Below are positions 1 to 12,514 of a stretch of 64,000 nucleotides of DNA, in pieces; positions within the stretch are counted from its first letter, which is position 1, and the number at the start of each line of letters is the position of its first letter. A model generated the notes under the pieces. The model was not told where the DNA came from. It was given only the letters and a program-made list of their open reading frames with translations, and searched no databases. Source of the stretch: Mobula hypostoma (taxonomy: Eukaryota); assembly GCF_963921235.1 (NCBI RefSeq), contig NC_086097.1, positions 159,776,001 to 159,840,000 of the forward strand, in the 5' to 3' direction. The position numbers and the translations under genes are program-made.

Positions 1-39
1 CCAGATCATTGGGCCTTTCATAACTCTTCCTTAATAATA

Positions 40-495
40 CGGATTAGAGGGCATGTACTATAAGAAGAGATTGAACAAGCTTGGATTGTTTTCTCTGAAT
101 GACAAGGCTGAGGGGAGATGTGATAGAAGTTTATAAGATTATGGGAGGCAAAGATAGAGAGCCAGTATCTTTCTCATAGTGGTGAAATGTTTAATACTAG
201 AGGACATGCATTTAAGGTGAGAAGGGAGAAGTTCAAAGGAGGTGTATGGGACAAGGTTTTTTTTTAACCCAGTGTGAGTATTTTGGGTAGCTGCAATGCA
301 TTGCCAGGGGTGGTAGTGGAGGTCTTCAAAGCCTCTTAGATAAACACACGAATTTTCAGAAAATGAGGGATATGGAAGTTGTGTCGGCAAAAGGGTATAT
401 ATAGTTTAGTTAGGTGTTTAATTACTAGGTTAATTAATTCAGCACAACTTTGTGGAGTGAAGGACAACTTCCTGCAACTCACTGTTCAACATTTG
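40..495 (+). mobile_element. CR1 LINE 3' end fragment (end of ORF2 plus 3' UTR), decayed
   Basis: aggctgaggggagatgtgatagaagtttataagattatg (RLRGD.IEVYKIM motif), actagaggacatgcatttaaggtg; resembles other CR1 3' ends in the window (26560-26940). Confidence 0.85.
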
Positions 496-994
496 ATGCT
501 GTTAGATCTGTTCTGTTTAAGGAACTGATGGGTAAAATCAATCGGTACTGTCAAAGCTTTACTCTGGTCTCCAGAACATAAGGCTATTGGTTATATATGA
601 CTTGATAGCCCTGGGAAGATGTGCAGACTTACAGTAAATGCTGCTCAGCCCCTGGAGTTGCAGTGGCTTGATATAGGAAACCATTAATTCAAAGGAATGC
701 TGGGAGTTGACACTTGGTTCATTTAATTTCTAAATTGTAGCATCCTGTTGACCCCTGAGAATTCCTGGTCTATAACTGCTCAAAATGGAGAAGGAACACT
801 TGGGGTGCAGCAGGAAGAGTAGACCACCATACAAATAACCACTGTTTGTCCCATCCATGGAACTGTTTGCACTTTGGTCTGATTGACCATCTCAGAACTT
901 ATAAAACTAGAGGGAAACAAGTCTTCCTCGAACCCAAGGTTGTCAAAGAAACAGGCATATAGTAAGGCAATATATTTTTTCCTTCATGATATAA

Positions 995-1130
995 TGGTAC
1001 ATGGAGCTTGGAAAAATAGAGGGCTATGGGTAACCCTAGATAATTTCTAAAGTAAGTACACGTTTGCACAACATTGAGGGCCGAAGGGCCTGTATTGTGC
1101 TGTAGGTTTTCTGTGTTTTCTATATTTCTA
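995..1130 (+). mobile_element. CR1 3' UTR fragment
   Basis: gcacaacattgagggccgaagggcctgtattgtgctgtag, near-identical to the CR1 tail at 26886-26925. Confidence 0.8.
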
Positions 1131-1149
1131 TAATGCAGGCCAGTAACTG

Positions 1150-1400
1150 GTGCTGGGTTCAAACCTGCCCTCTGGAACTTTTGTTTGGAGTTTGCACATT
1201 TTCCTTATGACTGAATGTGTTTCTTTCTGGTGTCCTGGCTTCTCCCCACATCCCAATGGCCACTGCTTAATTGTCCCTAATGAGAGGTAGAATCTGAGGG
1301 TGGGGAGGGGGGTGGTGCAGAAGAAGGCACGATGAATAAAATGGTATTACTGTAGCATCACCAAAAGGCCTGTTCCCCACTTTATCCCTCTGATGCTATG
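1150..1400 (+). mobile_element. tRNA-derived V-SINE remnant
   Basis: B-box-like gggttcaaacc followed by the V-domain motif tggagtttgcacattttcc. Confidence 0.65.
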
Positions 1401-2119
1401 ATCATTGGCTTGCTCAATGTGGCAACACATTTGACCAGTGTCCAGAAACTGGACAGCAAACATATTTTTGGTGTGCGAAAACTACACTGAAGTTAGCATT
1501 AGTTCCTGATCAGAGGTCAGCAAAACAAAGGATGAGATTTGGATGCCCTTTCATGTGATTTGTAAACTTCTAAAGGTATTGAAATCAAAACTGCACATTT
1601 TGCTACTAGTCAGTTTCACAGTAGCATGGTTTTCACATACTGGCCCATGGATAAAGGATCCATTTCATTAAAGATGACTCTGATAGCATTCTGCCAAGTG
1701 GGGATGGGATATACAGGTAGAGAGAAGCGATGGAGAATGATGTGATGTGATTTAAGTATGGGCTAGACCCCCTAAACTAATAAAGAACTTGGAGCAAGTT
1801 CTGATTAATGGTGATTAAACTCTATCAGCCGGTTGTCATAACCCTACTCTGTGGTGCAGGTGGGAGAAATGCCTATTATTATGTTAAGTTTGCCCAGAAT
1901 TATGTTTTATATTATGCTGATGTTTTAAAAAATAGAACAAACAGACTTTCCCTCATCCATTTTCTGGGAACAGCTCTGTGAAGAATAAACAATTGCCGTG
2001 GTTGCATCCAAAAGATACAGATTTGCTAATGAGACTGACTTGAATGATGGTGAAGTAATGGTTCAGCAGCATAATAGTGGTGCTCATAGCAAAGAGGGGT
2101 CAGATGTTGGTGTAAGGAT

Positions 2120-2520
2120 AATTCCAGTCCTGAGCAACCGTCTTGGCCAAAAACGTCAAATGTTCATTCATTTCTATGGATGTTGCCTGACCTGAGAAGT
2201 TGCTCCAGCGTTTTGTGTTGCCTGTGGTAATTCCAGGCCCAGATTCATGCAAAATGCCAAGAAAATCATAACCTTAAACTAAAAGACAGAACGCTGGCAG
2301 AAGTCAGCAGGTCAAGCAGTATCTGAAGAGGCAAGAGTGGGTCAATGGTTCAGGGTGAGATGCTGTCGTAGAAGGTGGAAGAAGGAAGATTGCTAAAATA
2401 TAGCAGTCAGGAGGGTGGGATGGAGGATAGTAGATGATAGGTGGAATGAGAAGGGGAGGGTATGATGTATAGATGGAACATGTGATGGAAGTGATCAATT
2501 GAATGAAACACAAAAGACCC
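2120..2520. mobile_element. Two decayed Penelope-like 3' end pieces (+ at about 2120-2225, - at about 2280-2520)
   Basis: atggatgttgcctgacctgagaagttgctccagcgttttgtgt and the reverse-orientation acgctggcagaagtcagcaggtcaagcagtatctg match the PLE tail at 46490-46540. Confidence 0.65.
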
Positions 2521-3554
2521 AACCTCAACCACACTGAGAACTGATGGAATTTTGTTATGTTATCACACTTGGACCTTCCAAACTCGGGGTCCAGATACAA
2601 CTTGATGCAATCACACTCAAAGGCAGTCAAGCGGATGGCGTAAGCTGCGTATAATTCCCTGCCTATCCTCCCACCACTGTCGCCTCCGCTCTCATTCTCT
2701 GCTTCCCTGGAGATTTGCGCATTGCCTCTGCAGACACAGTGCATGTTCACTCTCTGGATCAGAGGGACGATGAGTCAAGTGACTGCCACAGTGCAAAAGC
2801 TCTGTGGGCATCACAAACAGCAGCTTTGGAAATGGTTAGTCAAACTTCCTCGACATTTCACACTCAAGCTCTGCCCACAGCTGGCAACAACTCTGCCAAA
2901 TGCTTCTCAGTCACCTTAGTCACAAGGAATTCACTGACTGCAAAGACAGAACTATAACGTCACTAATTCTCATTGAAATATACGTAAACAGAGGCCCTCA
3001 GAACTGTGAACATAGGAATAGGAGTACATAGGTCGCACAGTCTCAATTCTGTTCTGCCATTCAGTTTAACCATAACCAACTCTTCCAAAATGACAACGTT
3101 GTTCCTTTTAACTTACAGAAATAAAAATAAATGTTCCTAAATATATAGTTCATGCTTTAAATATCAATACAGAGCAGAAGGATGTTGATATATTCTGTAG
3201 TGCTCAGCTGTAGGTGGAAAGCCACATTTGAAGCAATTGCAGAGTGGAAGCACAACAGTAGCACCTGCACTTTATCTAAGCTACCAGGAGTGATTGCTAA
3301 ATTGAGCTGATAGATTAATAAAATATTACAGCAAAGAGATGGGCCCTTTTTGTCTAAGCTGGCATCTCTCTCTACAGGAGCTTTTTGACATAATTTCACA
3401 CTGTAACTTGATTTCTACACAGGTTTACTTTCCTCTTTTTATTAAGGAACAGAATAGTTCAATTTTTGAAAGTTTGTGGAGTCGACTTCAACTGTAGCTT
3501 GAGATGAGAAATTCCCAATCAGGCCACCCGTCCAAGTAAAGAATTTCTCAGTAA

Positions 3555-3577
3555 ACAACAGGAATTCTGCAGATGCT
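3555..3577 (-). mobile_element. 23-bp Penelope-like 3'-terminal micro-insertion with 15-bp TSD
   Basis: acaacaggaattctgcagatgct is flanked by the perfect direct repeat agaatttctcagtaa (3540-3554, 3578-3592); the insert resembles PLE termini at 3748-3775 and 10131-10155. Confidence 0.75.
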
Positions 3578-3745
3578 AGAATTTCTCAGTAATGCCTTTG
3601 AACTATCTTAAGTTTGTTCTCTTTCTACTTTATCTTAATGACCATCTAAATTCATCTTATGTCATTGGTCCTAGCATAAACCCATCTAATTATTTTAGTA
3701 CATCATTCTGCATCCATATTAGGAAAAAGGTAAGGAATGTTTGTC

Positions 3746-4359
3746 GCAAACAAGAGAAAATCTGCAGATACTGGAAATTTGAGCAACACACACAGAATGC
3801 TGGAGGAACTTAGAGGACCAGCAGCATCAATGGAAAAAAGCACAGTAGTCATTTTGGGCCAAAACTCTTCGACAGGAATGGAGAAAAAAAATCTGAGGAG
3901 TAGAATTGAAACGTGGGGAGAGGGGAAAGAGAAACATCAGGTGATAGGTGAAACCTGGAGCGGAAGGGATGAAGCTCAGAGCTGGGAATTTGATTGGTGA
4001 AAGAGACAGAAGGCCATGGAAGAAAGAAGAGGGGCGGGGAGGAGCACCAGAAGGAAGTGATGGGCGGGCAAGGAGATAAGGTGAGAGAGGGACAAGGGGA
4101 TGGGAAATGGTGAATGGGGAGTGGGGGGCAAGCATTGCTGGAAGTTTGAGAAATTGATGTTCATATCATCAAGTTGGAGACCACCCAAGCAGAATATAAA
4201 GTTCTGTTCCTCCGAACTAAGTGTGGCCTTATCTCTGCAGTGGAGGAGGCCGTGGATGGACATATCAGAATGGGAATGGGAAGTGGAATTAAAATGACCA
4301 GCCACTGGGAGATCCTGCTTGTTCTGGCAGACGGAGCATAGGTGCTCGGCGAAGCAGTG
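3746..4359 (-). mobile_element. 5'-truncated Penelope-like element (GIY-YIG C-terminus plus 3' tail)
   Basis: ORF 3976-4374 reads FAEHLCSVCQNKQDLPVAGHFNSTSHSHSDMS; 13-bp TSD aggaatgtttgtc at 3733-3745 and 4360-4372. Confidence 0.9.
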
Positions 4360-4984
4360 AGGAATGTTTGTCATATTGTAGTTAAGTTTACAATATATAC
4401 GATATTTATATGTAATAATGAAAAGATTTTTACTCCCTCACGTTGTGGGATAGATGTAAGATTTAAATAAAATAAATAAGTAAATGCGGATTGAATGCTA
4501 AAACTGCCTCTTATATCCTTAAACCTTGGGCACAGAAAAGCATGTCTTCAATTTACTAAAGCCATCATTTTTGTTCTAAGCAATGAGGTCATAAAACAAG
4601 CTGTAAAAACGAAAAGTGGTCATAATATTCAAGGTGACTGGGTGTCATTAATAATTCAAATCAGTTTTACAACATTTTTAACAATGGTTATGTAAAAGAC
4701 AACAGGGTCATGTGGGAGAGGCACTTCTATTTGCTTATCCATTAGTACTTCCCTTGCATAATTATTCACCTACAACTTAAACTTTCTTCATCTGATTTGA
4801 AGCCTGTGAATAGAAAATAATATATATTGAATAATTATATATTTAATAAGGCTGTCTGAGTTGTTTGCAGAAATTGTGAGGTTAATTAAGATGAAAATAT
4901 TTCTTCTGATTCTAATTCCAAATCCAGTACAGTTGATGAACTCGCCTCTGAAGTGTTCAGTGATATTGAGACTTAAGCTGTACG

Positions 4985-5320
4985 GGATCAGAATAGGTGC
5001 ATGCAGTGTAAACAAAGAGACCTTTCGCATTGGTGGATGCTTCATCAATGACAGGACGTGGTTAAAATGAAGGGCTGAAGGATAGTGAATATGTGAGGTA
5101 AAGCTTTGTGATGAGCTAGAGGTCACTACCTGTAAGTGTGATGGAAGCAGAGTCCATTAAGGCTTTTGAAAAGGAACTATTCAGGCATTTGAGAGAAAAT
5201 TTAAAGGACTCTGGAGAAGGGATAGGGGAATGGAATTTACAGGAGTTGGCACTGACTGACTGAATAGGCCTCCTTCTGTGTCACAAAGCTTCTTCAGTTC
5301 TCTGATTGTATAATAGAATT
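4985..5320 (+). mobile_element. Old CR1 3' end
   Basis: gtgatggaagcagagtccattaaggcttttgaaaaggaact and gactgaataggcctccttctgtg are typical CR1 tail motifs. Confidence 0.65.
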
Positions 5321-7289
5321 GTCAGCTTACCATATTGAATGCTTCACCATCCTGAAGGCATTACCCTTATTATTCTGTGTTATCCCTAGTATACTCATTA
5401 CCCTTGACTGTGATGGTCAGACAGGGAATTGGGAAGTGTTCATTGTTTTGTGAGAGAGTAAAGTTTGCTGGGAAATTTGTGAAGGAATGGAAATGGTGTG
5501 ATTGTTTTGAGAGCCAGCAGAAATTCAATGGGCTGAACAGTTTCCTTCCCACCCTATAAGGAAATATGAATGTATCATAAACTGACACTGTCAACCCCAG
5601 TTGAGGTCATGGTCTGAGATAGATAGGCGAGCATATTATCTGAGAGAGATGTTGGTTTCAAATTTAAAAATGTCCTGATAAATACATACCAGCCTTTGCA
5701 GCTCATTGATAACGGATAGGCTTTGGAAGGAAGAACCCAGACTCGATAGCACATACTTAGAGGTATCCAGGAATGGAGTCCCACTGATTCTGACGTAACA
5801 AATGTTCTTTGGCCTTCACAGTGAGCTCTGACAATTACAATCAAGGGTAAAGAGCATTGTTCCCAAAATGTCCATGATAATGAGATATTTAGGAAAATAG
5901 TTAAAGAAATTTAAATAATTCAAACAATGAAAATTATGAGATGGTTTATTGCTTGTGTTTTACTCTCCATTACACACCAAACCATTTATTGAAGTACAAA
6001 AATTAGAAGAAATTCTCTTGAAACACACTTAATGGATGAAAAATTATTTAAATATTACTTAAAGATTTTTTTAAAGGACCAGTTCTATATAATAAAAGTC
6101 AGCAGACCCTATTCATGGCTGATCTCCGATTGAGGGTTCCAATGTAAATTGTCTCTGGTCCCTCAGTTTGATGACTTAGAAAATGCCACTGGTGAGATGT
6201 TGTTGTGTCAATGATGAATCTAGGGCAAAGTGAGTGGTAGAATGTGCCAATATCTGACTTACAGTACATTTTGTACTTGAAAATAGCTAACAAGGTTTCC
6301 ACACAAGGTTTTAAAAAAAACTGTAGTCATGCAATCGTATTTTACTTATAGTTATTTGATAACCAATGGTCAAATAGTAGTTCTCATGTTATATTAATAT
6401 TTAATTATGTGAGAAAGTAAAAAACATAATTTTTGAAAGTCCTTTACCCTGCTGTCTCCAATTTTTGGAAACTAGGATGTTTAGTGTAATTGAACATTAG
6501 ATGAATACCTTAACTTCTTTTACCTTGATATTTAGTCAGTCTTTGGCAGCTACATGGAAAGTAAATGATGGTCAAGGTGCCCTTCAATTGACCAATCTAC
6601 AAAGACAATTATATTAAAAGGTATTATATTTAATCCGTGCAATGTTATTTATTAAATAGAACATTTCACCTTTGAGATAATCCTATTTACCTGAAAAAAA
6701 TATTTCTGACTTCCGTTTCACAAGATCAGTAAAACTTAACTACTGATAAAGAACTTATTTCCATGTGATTTATAAGTAGTGCAATATGAAGTTTGGCTGC
6801 ATTTGTCCTGTACATAAGGGTGTAGCTTGGATCATGCTGATGTTAATGGGGAAGTTAATAATCATCTATGGATGGGTTGGTTATTTCATTAACTACAGTG
6901 TGCTCTATCCATCAAACCTTAATTATCATAGATATTAAAAGATGACCATAATTGACTTTCTCCTATGAAATCACAAAGCATTGCAAGAGATTTAATGTGA
7001 ACTTTAAATTCACTTTCTCCTGTTAAACCTTTCATACCACAAGACCACATTTTCTTCTCAATTTTCAAATTTCCTTTTCAAGTTGGGAATGGAAAGTGAT
7101 TCACACAAGGATAAAGAAAGTTAGCAATCTCAGAGTCCAGAATATTTTCAGCACAGGTTTATCACAACACAAAATTGTAACAATAGTTGAGGGGGTGAGT
7201 CATAGAGGTCAGCTGTTTTCAGATTGAATACCTTTGAGTCAAGTTTCCAATTTAGTGATCAGATTCTGAGATCCCAGGAATGTATAGAA

Positions 7290-7368
7290 CAGGGGAGTTC
7301 AACCTGTTTTGTGCCATGGACCAATACTATTTAGCATGGCTTCCATGGACTCCAGGTTGGGAGCCCTG
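7290..7368. mobile_element. 79-bp hAT (Charlie/Buster-type) MITE
   Basis: Imperfect TIRs caggggagttcaacc / ggttgggagccctg; 8-bp TSD gtatagaa (7282-7289) / gtatggaa (7369-7376). Confidence 0.8.
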
Positions 7369-7385
7369 GTATGGAAGGTCTAATG

Positions 7386-7637
7386 TTTTTTTTAGCATGT
7401 CGCACCAGACAAGAATGGCTGACTGTCTGGTGCGTGGTGTCTCCTTTCGATTAACCGGGTCACGATATGAACGTTCTTGACTCGACCCATTTGTTTTTAC
7501 GAGGCCAAGTGGCTAGCTCGACGCTCAACCTGGCACGGATGGAAAGTGTGCTTGGGGGGATGACCCGACTTGGATTCGAACACGTGAGCCTTCAATCCAG
7601 AGTCCGGCACTGATGACATTGCGCCACCAGCCGGCCT
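7386..7637 (-). mobile_element. Full-length tRNA-derived SINE with poly(A) tail and TSD
   Basis: Minus strand has A box tggcgcaatg and B box gttcgaatcc, a 3' hairpin gcaccagaca...tgtctggtgc and an A8 tail; TSD gtctaatg at 7378-7385 and 7638-7645. Confidence 0.85.
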
Positions 7638-7754
7638 GTCTAATGGATTAGTAAACAGAAAGCCTCCAGTTCTTAGGTTACAGAAAAACAGCTCTTATAT
7701 CACAACCTGGAGGTGTGGACAGAGAAACATCATTTTATTACATCTTCTGAGCAT

Positions 7755-8250
7755 CATAGAACATACTGTAGAATATAGAATAGTACAGCACAGGAATAGG
7801 CCCTTCGTCCCAACTTTAGGCCGAACCAAATAAATTAGTAATCAAATGACAAACTAAACTAATGCCTTCTGGCTACACACTATTAATATCCTTCCATTTC
7901 CTTCACATTCGTGTGCCTATTTAAACACCTCTAAAAAATCCCTAATATATCTCCGTCTATTACCACCCCAGGCAGTACATTCCATACCCTTCATATCTCC
8001 TTTGAAGTTACTCCTTCTCACCCTAAATGCATCAGGTCTAGATTTAAACATTTCAGCCATGGGGAAAATATACTCTCTCTCTACTCTACCTATGCCTCTC
8101 ATCATCTTATAAACTTCTATCAGATCTCCCCTTAGCTCCCCCATTCCAGAGAAAACAACTCAAGTTTGTCCAACCTCTTGTTATAGCACATGATCTCTAA
8201 TCCAGGCACCATTCTGTTAAACCTCTTCTGCATCCCCTACAAAGCCTCAA
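7755..8250 (-). mobile_element. CR1 3' end
   Basis: ORF 7917-8144 reads LRGDLIEVYKMMRGIGRV; (tagaa)n-like tail at about 7755-7782. Confidence 0.9.
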
Positions 8251-8319
8251 AATCTTTTTTTTTCAATCTCAGATGAACATGCTTGTCCTGAATATGAATC
8301 AACTGACCTCTGATTTCAT

Positions 8320-8880
8320 ATTCGTTTATGTTGTTTCTGAAAATCCTCTAAACTCACTGGAAACATTAGCAAACCAATGTCAGTGTTCTCTCCCAGTCCC
8401 ACACCCTTAGCATTGAAACCCCAACTACATTCAGAAAGCAATTTTGGAAAAATCACTTCATTCACATGCCTGACACTAGAATGCCAAAACAACACTCTAT
8501 ATGAACTCTATCCTGGAAAGAGATTTCTAGGCAGACGATAGAAAAGTTAAGAAGAGGTTCTGAAAGTCTACTTGAAAAAAAAATGAAGCATCTGCACTGG
8601 ATCTTGTGAGTCTCTGGACCAAGAATCACTTAAAGCAAAGAAGAAACATTCAGATTGATTCTGAGAACACTGGGACCACATTGAGGAAATATATAAAAGA
8701 CCTGCTTGCCTGACGGAACAGATGTGCCCAATTTAGCACATCCCGTCTCATTTCCGGAAGAATTTGCAATTTGCACATTGGCCTCACAAAACCAGAGTTG
8801 AAGCGAGTAACCCTCAGTCCTGAGGGACTAGCAAAGAAGATGTACTTGAAACGTTTAAAAGGCCTACAGAAAACATTGCT
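8320..8880 (+). mobile_element. RTE-clade LINE 3' remnant
   Basis: Frameshifted motifs KIL..HW....TNVSVLSQ...LSIE and HMPDTRMPKQ.LY.EL, typical of the RTE ORF C-terminus. Confidence 0.7.
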
Positions 8881-9239
8881 CCCACTGCCATTATATGTCA
8901 TCATGCTCTTCCCTATAAGCTTAAGATGCTCTCATCACTGATGTTCCATGCACTCCTGCTAATCTAATCGTAGTCTATTTTGGAACATTGGATTCAAACA
9001 GCATAATTGCTCTGAAAGAAAATCAGAAAACACTGGAGACACATCAGAATCTCTTGAGAGAGCATAAATCAGTTACCATTTCCTATATAAATCATTGCTT
9101 ACAATTGTCACTGACAAGCAAAACAGGAATTGCTTGAGCTATGCAATAGGTCAGGCAACATCTACAGAGAGAGAAACAGAATTAATGTTTCAGCTTAATG
9201 AATTTCCATCATGTTCCACTTGTCATGTAATGTTGAATC

Positions 9240-9410
9240 ATATTTCTCAGTAAGTAATTGAACAAGTAAAATAATTTTTGTGTTATTTATTTAATTGGGT
9301 TCTCTTTATCTAGTTTTAGGACTTACTTGATGATCTGATCGCATTTTAGGTCGTATTTATGCAGAAATAGAGAAAATCGTACAGGGTTCACAAACGTTCT
9401 AGCACCTCTG
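9240..9410. mobile_element. Tc1/mariner terminal inverted repeat remnant (one end only)
   Basis: Ends gggttcacaaacgttctagcacctctg followed by TA (9411-9412), i.e. a reverse TA-CAGNGG...GAACCC Tc1-type terminus. Confidence 0.7.
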
Positions 9411-10130
9411 TAGGAAGGATGTTTCAGAACATTAAATAAAAATACAACAAAAATATGAAGCTTATTGTGGTGAGCATTTGGTCCATGATGACAAATGAGA
9501 AAAGTATGTTTATCTCAACTGCCACTTTAATTGCGACAAGTACAATAACAGACAGAGTGCAATAACTTGGTGAGAACTAACTCAGTCACATGCAGACGGG
9601 TGCGGGAGGCGATTATCATTTCAGTTACATTCCGGTTGACACACAAACACACAAGCGACAACTGTATAACTTGAGCTAAAATAAATGAACCTGGACATCT
9701 CACCATAATTCTACTGAACATGCACACTACAAACACATTTAAAACAAGAACAGTAAGACACACTGGCTGCTAGGAATGCTGGGGTGAGTTGTCACCCACA
9801 CTCACGGAGTGCAACAATATTATTTTCTCTCAGCGTTTTACTCACGTGCCCATTTCCCGAGATTTCTTTGGACACCACCTCATGTCCACATCAAACATTT
9901 GTAAACACCTTTAACTATTACTTAATTTCTGTGATCATTGCCCAGTGCCTCTGATCATTAGTGTATGCCTGAGAACATTCTGCTGTGGTACTAATCGATG
10001 CCGAATAAGACCCTGTCCTGAGGAGATCCTGCAGTGATATCCTTGGGCTGGGCTTATTGATCCCCAACAACCATAAACATCTTCCTTTGTGCCAGGTAAG
10101 TTTTCCAGCAACAGAACTCTTATCTCTCTG

Positions 10131-10592
10131 AACACGCAGAATTCTGCAGAGGCTGGAAATCCAAGCAACACACATCAAAGTTGCTGGTGAACGCAGCAGG
10201 CCAGGCAGCATCTCTAGGAAGAGGTACAGTCGACGTTTCAGGCCGAGACCCTACGTCAGGACTAACTGAAGGAAGAGCTAGTAAGAGAATTGAAAGTGGT
10301 AGGGGGAGGGGGAGATCTAAAATGATAGGAGAAGACAGGAGGGGGAGGGATGGAGCCAAGAGCTGGACAGGTGATTGGCAAAAGGGATATGAGAGGATCA
10401 TGGGACAGGAGGCCCAGGGAGAAGGAACAGGGGGAGGGAAGGAAAAACCCAGAGGATGGGCAAGGGGTATAGTCAGAGGGACAGAGGGAGAAAAAGGAGA
10501 GAGAGAGAAAGAATGTGTGTATGAAAATAAATAACGGATGGGATACGAGGGGGAAGTGGGGCATTAGCGGAAGATAGAGAAGTCAATGTTCA
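10131..10592 (-). mobile_element. Young Penelope-like 3' region copy (last codons of the endonuclease plus tail)
   Basis: Reverse complement closely matches 36205-36620 and 46120-46540; its hammerhead motif at 10228-10263 has CTGACGT in place of CTGACGA. Confidence 0.95.
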
Positions 10593-11279
10593 CAAAATCC
10601 ACAAAAAGAATTCTCATTGTAGTTGTTCTATAGAGGATTTCCTCTGACATCAGATGACAATGTTCATTTTTTTTCTTCAGAGCTCACAAGGTTATTATAA
10701 CATTCTGCTAATCTTGCCAATCTGACCTGTTTTTCCTTTGAGTACTTTTTTAATGTTTTAATTAGCACAGTATATGTTTCAGTTCAGCTCAGCTTTACAA
10801 AATGCCCTATCCTACTTTCTTGTAAGAGCCTGGAAATTTTTCACAAATTAAATGCAGGACTTCAATGATGAGTGGATGTGTCCCAACTGTCACTTTTGTC
10901 TGCCTACATTACATTTTTGGAAGTCAGAGCTAGCTTTAAGTAATAAAATTATGTTAAATAAATACAGACTATGACTAAGGATTAAATGAGCTGTCGGAAA
11001 ATTAAGCATTTTTGATGATGTCCCATTTGAAATTGTCCAAATGGCAAGACAATTTGGCAAGGTACTATGTTTGCTGACTAAAGTGACTAATTATTGGCTT
11101 TGCAGCTTGTTTGGTATATTTTCTGCAATCCATCAAATAAAATGATCTGTGATCTCACCTGACCCAAAATAAACCTCTGCTACCATTTGCAGTCATAGCA
11201 AAAGGATCAGCACATGTCCAATAGGTAGAAGTGAAGAAGGAAGCATAATTTTTGTTTATTTTTGTAACTACAGTATAAA

Positions 11280-11810
11280 ATTGGTAAATTGGTTTATTAT
11301 TGTCACATGTATTGATGCAGAGTGAAAAACGTTGCTTTGCCTGCAATAGCAGAATGCAGAATAAAGTGTTAGCATTACAGAGAAAGTGCAGTACAAGTTG
11401 AAAGGCTAAAATGAGGTGGGCTGTGGGGTCAAGAATCCATCCTACCTTACTAGAGACCATAATAGCAAGATAGAAGCTGTCCTTGAGCCTAATGGTAGCC
11501 ATTCAGATACTCGGGCTTTTGAATCTACTGCCAATGGGAAAGGCTATAGAAGAGGGGACATTGCACATGATCCTTTTTATGTTAATGGTACTGAGGTCAA
11601 GAGGGTTGAAAATTTCAAAGTCCAGACGATAAACATAACCAGTAGTCTGTTCTGCTCCAACCACATAGAAACAATGGCCAAGGAAGTTCACTGGAACCTC
11701 TAGCTCCTCAGGATTCTAAAGAAAACCTGCGTGTCTGTTCACTAATTTTTCATCGATGTACCATAGGAAACATACTATCCCGATGCATCATGGCTTGGTA
11801 TGGAAAGGGG
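11280..11810. mobile_element. Rex1/Babar LINE remnants (3' UTR on - at about 11280-11560; ORF piece on + at about 11570-11810)
   Basis: PFYVNGTEVKRVENFK..INITSSL..SNHIETMAK; tttattattgtcacatg tail motif. Confidence 0.7.
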
Positions 11811-12209
11811 TCTGCCCTTTTATGTATACATTGGAATGATACAGTCAAACAAACTAACATGACTTCTCAGCCATCAAGTTTCTATCGATCTAAAAAGATT
11901 TTCCAGTCCTCAACCCTTAGCTTTTCATGTATTTTGAATGTTCCTCTAAATATTTCAATTCATTATAGAAAAGAATGGAATATTTAAAATTCTATTTGGT
12001 TTGGTATGCATTGTGTCAGGTTTTGAGCATTGGACCTGTGCATTAGGCGCTATGAAACACTAACTCAAACAACAACTGGAAGGTGACAACTCTGATTTTG
12101 TTCCTGTTTGCTTTCTATATTTCAGCAGTTGGACATGTAGCTTAACTTTTCAAGTTGCTATCAGCTGAACCTGCAGTGATGAACTGCCTTTATTCTACTC
12201 ACTTTACAC

Positions 12210-12495
12210 CGCACACTGTCGGAGCAGTGCTGCCTGGATAATTAAGGACACGACCCACCCAGCCAACACAATTTTCATCCCTCTTCCCTCCGGGAGAAGG
12301 CTCAGGAGCTTGAAGACTCATACGGCCAGATTTGGGAACAGCTTCTTTCCAACTGTGATAAGACTGCTGAATGGATCCTGACCCGGATCTGGGCCGTACG
12401 CTCCAAATATCCGGACTCGTTTTTTTTGCACTACCTTACTTTTCCTTTTCTAATTGTTTGGCGACAATAAAGTAAAGTAAAGTAAAGTAAATAAA
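12210..12495 (+). mobile_element. Rex1/Babar LINE 3' end with (AAAGT)n tail
   Basis: IIKDTTHPANTIFIPLPSGRRLRSLKT..RFGNSFFPTVIRLLN, then aataaa(gtaaa)n. Confidence 0.85.
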
Positions 12496-12514
12496 GACAC
12501 AAGAGATTATAAAA

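Noticed and set aside
7560..7637. tRNA gene
   Set aside because: The A/B boxes continue into a non-tRNA body, poly(A) and TSD, so this is a SINE head
10120..10564. Recurrent Gly/Arg-rich and Ser/Pro-rich ORFs (also 36209-36630 and 46124-46569)
   Set aside because: Shadow frames of the pyrimidine-rich PLE tail; frames and lengths differ between near-identical copies
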